Sequence record: OR567511.1
Reading direction: 5' to 3' (one strand)
Source: Enterobacter phage vB_Ent31
Length of the DNA: 64,000 nucleotides
In this document: in pieces, positions 63,093-64,000 of the stretch
Position numbering within the stretch: the stretch's first letter is position 1
Layout of the letters: each line of letters opens with the position of its first letter
Made by a program: the position numbers and the translations under genes
The notes under the pieces: model-generated
What the model saw: the letters and a program-made list of their open reading frames with translations, nothing else
Databases searched by the model: none
Told to the model about the DNA's origin: nothing

Positions 63093-64000
63093 ATGTCAAC
63101 TATTGATTTAACTCCCCTTCCTTACGTCAACGGCCTTCCGGATGAAGGCCAATCTCGTGTGAACTGGATTAAAAATGGCGAGGAATTAACAGGAGCATCC
63201 ACCAAGAATGGTGTAGACGGTAATTTGAACCGTGGACCTGTACAGGTCCAACAAAACGTGGAAGTGCTCGACGGGAATATCGTAGTTGTCCGTGATTCTC
63301 TTGAGCAATCAAATGTAAGAATTAAGAATGTCGAGGATGCCCTAGGAGTCATTGGGGATGTCGATGTTGTCAAACAAATAGGTATTAACACATCTGCAAT
63401 TAAAGTTCTCCAGAGTGACACAGAGGGACTTAAAACCACATCAGATGACCATGGTCTGCGTATAACTCACATCGAAGAAGATGTAGGTGAATATGACCCG
63501 TCACGTGATTCTGTTTATCGTCCAGTTCGTGAAGACTTGCTTTGGATTAAAACTGAGTTAGGCGCTTATCCAGGCCAAGACATCAACGGTATGTCTATTC
63601 CTATGGCTCCGGCGTTAGGTTTGAAGAAGCGTGTTATTGACACTGCTAAAGTTGTAAATGATAACTCAATTCGTATCGCTAATATTGAAAAACAATTCAA
63701 TGACTCAGATGTTGGTTCATTAACGATTGAAGTCCAAAACCTTCGAAATGAAATGGGTTCAAGAGCATCTGCTGGTATTGATAGTGTTTACGTTCGTTTG
63801 AACAAAATGAATGGAACTATTAGTACTTTAGCAATGGACATGGAAAATGTTTTAGATTCGATTGGGTATAACAATGGAGTTATCGATTTACACAACTTGG
63901 TTGTAATAAACCGCGATGCAATCACCGAGGTTAATCGTAAATTAAGTGACCCTACAATAGGATTAATTCCTCGTGTAGATTTAATTGAATCAGCTATCGG
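63093..64000 (+). CDS. wac: fibritin (whisker antigen control), N-terminal part; continues beyond window end
   Basis: M..I.L..LP.V.G.P.EGQSR..WIKNGEE.LGA.T..G..G..NR..V.V..NVEVLD.NI....SLE..N..IK and SVYR..R.DLLWIK.ELG.Y.GQDING match T4 wac. Confidence 0.88.
   Translation, partial: MSTIDLTPLPYVNGLPDEGQSRVNWIKNGEELTGASTKNGVDGNLNRGPVQVQQNVEVLDGNIVVVRDSLEQSNVRIKNVEDALGVIGDVDVVKQIGINTSAIKVLQSDTEGLKTTSDDHGLRITHIEEDVGEYDPSRDSVYRPVREDLLWIKTELGAYPGQDINGMSIPMAPALGLKKRVIDTAKVVNDNSIRIANIEKQFNDSDVGSLTIEVQNLRNEMGSRASAGIDSVYVRLNKMNGTISTLAMDMENVLDSIGYNNGVIDLHNLVVINRDAITEVNRKLSDPTIGLIPRVDLIESAI

Noticed and set aside
49770-63439. Numerous short minus-strand ORFs inside gp5-gp12 and wac (for example 49770..50180, 50865..51092, 52401..52616, 55915..56205, 59447..59659, 61120..61407, 61629..62012, 63122..63439)
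   Set aside because: They are all antisense to long, well-conserved late structural genes. T4 late genes are plus-strand only in this module.

Overview
This window reads as a contiguous stretch of a T4-like (Tevenvirinae) myovirus genome. AT-rich early genes on the minus strand occupy roughly 1-48.9 kb and the late baseplate/tail-fibre module on the plus strand occupies 48.9-64 kb. Gene order matches T4 synteny. Early genes on the minus strand: 46 (5' part) - 47 - 55 - glutaredoxin/nrdG/nrdD - 49 - nrdC - many small early ORFs - tk - regB - denV - e (lysozyme) - nudE - e.x membrane ORFs - tRNA block 1 - small ORFs - tRNA block 2 - ipI-like - 57B - 57A - 1 - 3 - 2 - 4. Late genes on the plus strand: 53 - 5 - 5.1 - 5.4 (PAAR) - 6 - 7 - 8 - 9 - 10 - 11 - 12 - wac (partial). 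I called 21 canonical tRNAs by hand on the minus strand, against 8 in T4, plus three tRNA-like elements I could not resolve. Other content that departs from T4 or is accessory: a free-standing HNH/NUMOD homing endonuclease between genes 4 and 53; a PspA/IM30-like gene with atypical GC-rich composition; a ~200-bp GC-rich non-coding island downstream of denV; a cluster of AAA+ ATPase, DUF4031-like and Pol-beta-type nucleotidyltransferase-fold proteins; a macro-domain protein; and a trio of periplasm-targeted proteins next to regB. The T4-type early promoter (GTTTAC -35, TATgATAcTAT-like -10) recurs in front of most minus-strand genes and allowed several ORF starts to be corrected. Two copies of an exact 32-bp element and two copies of a ~38-bp palindromic promoter are present. 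All product calls are from recalled T4 protein sequences and motifs; no database search was possible.
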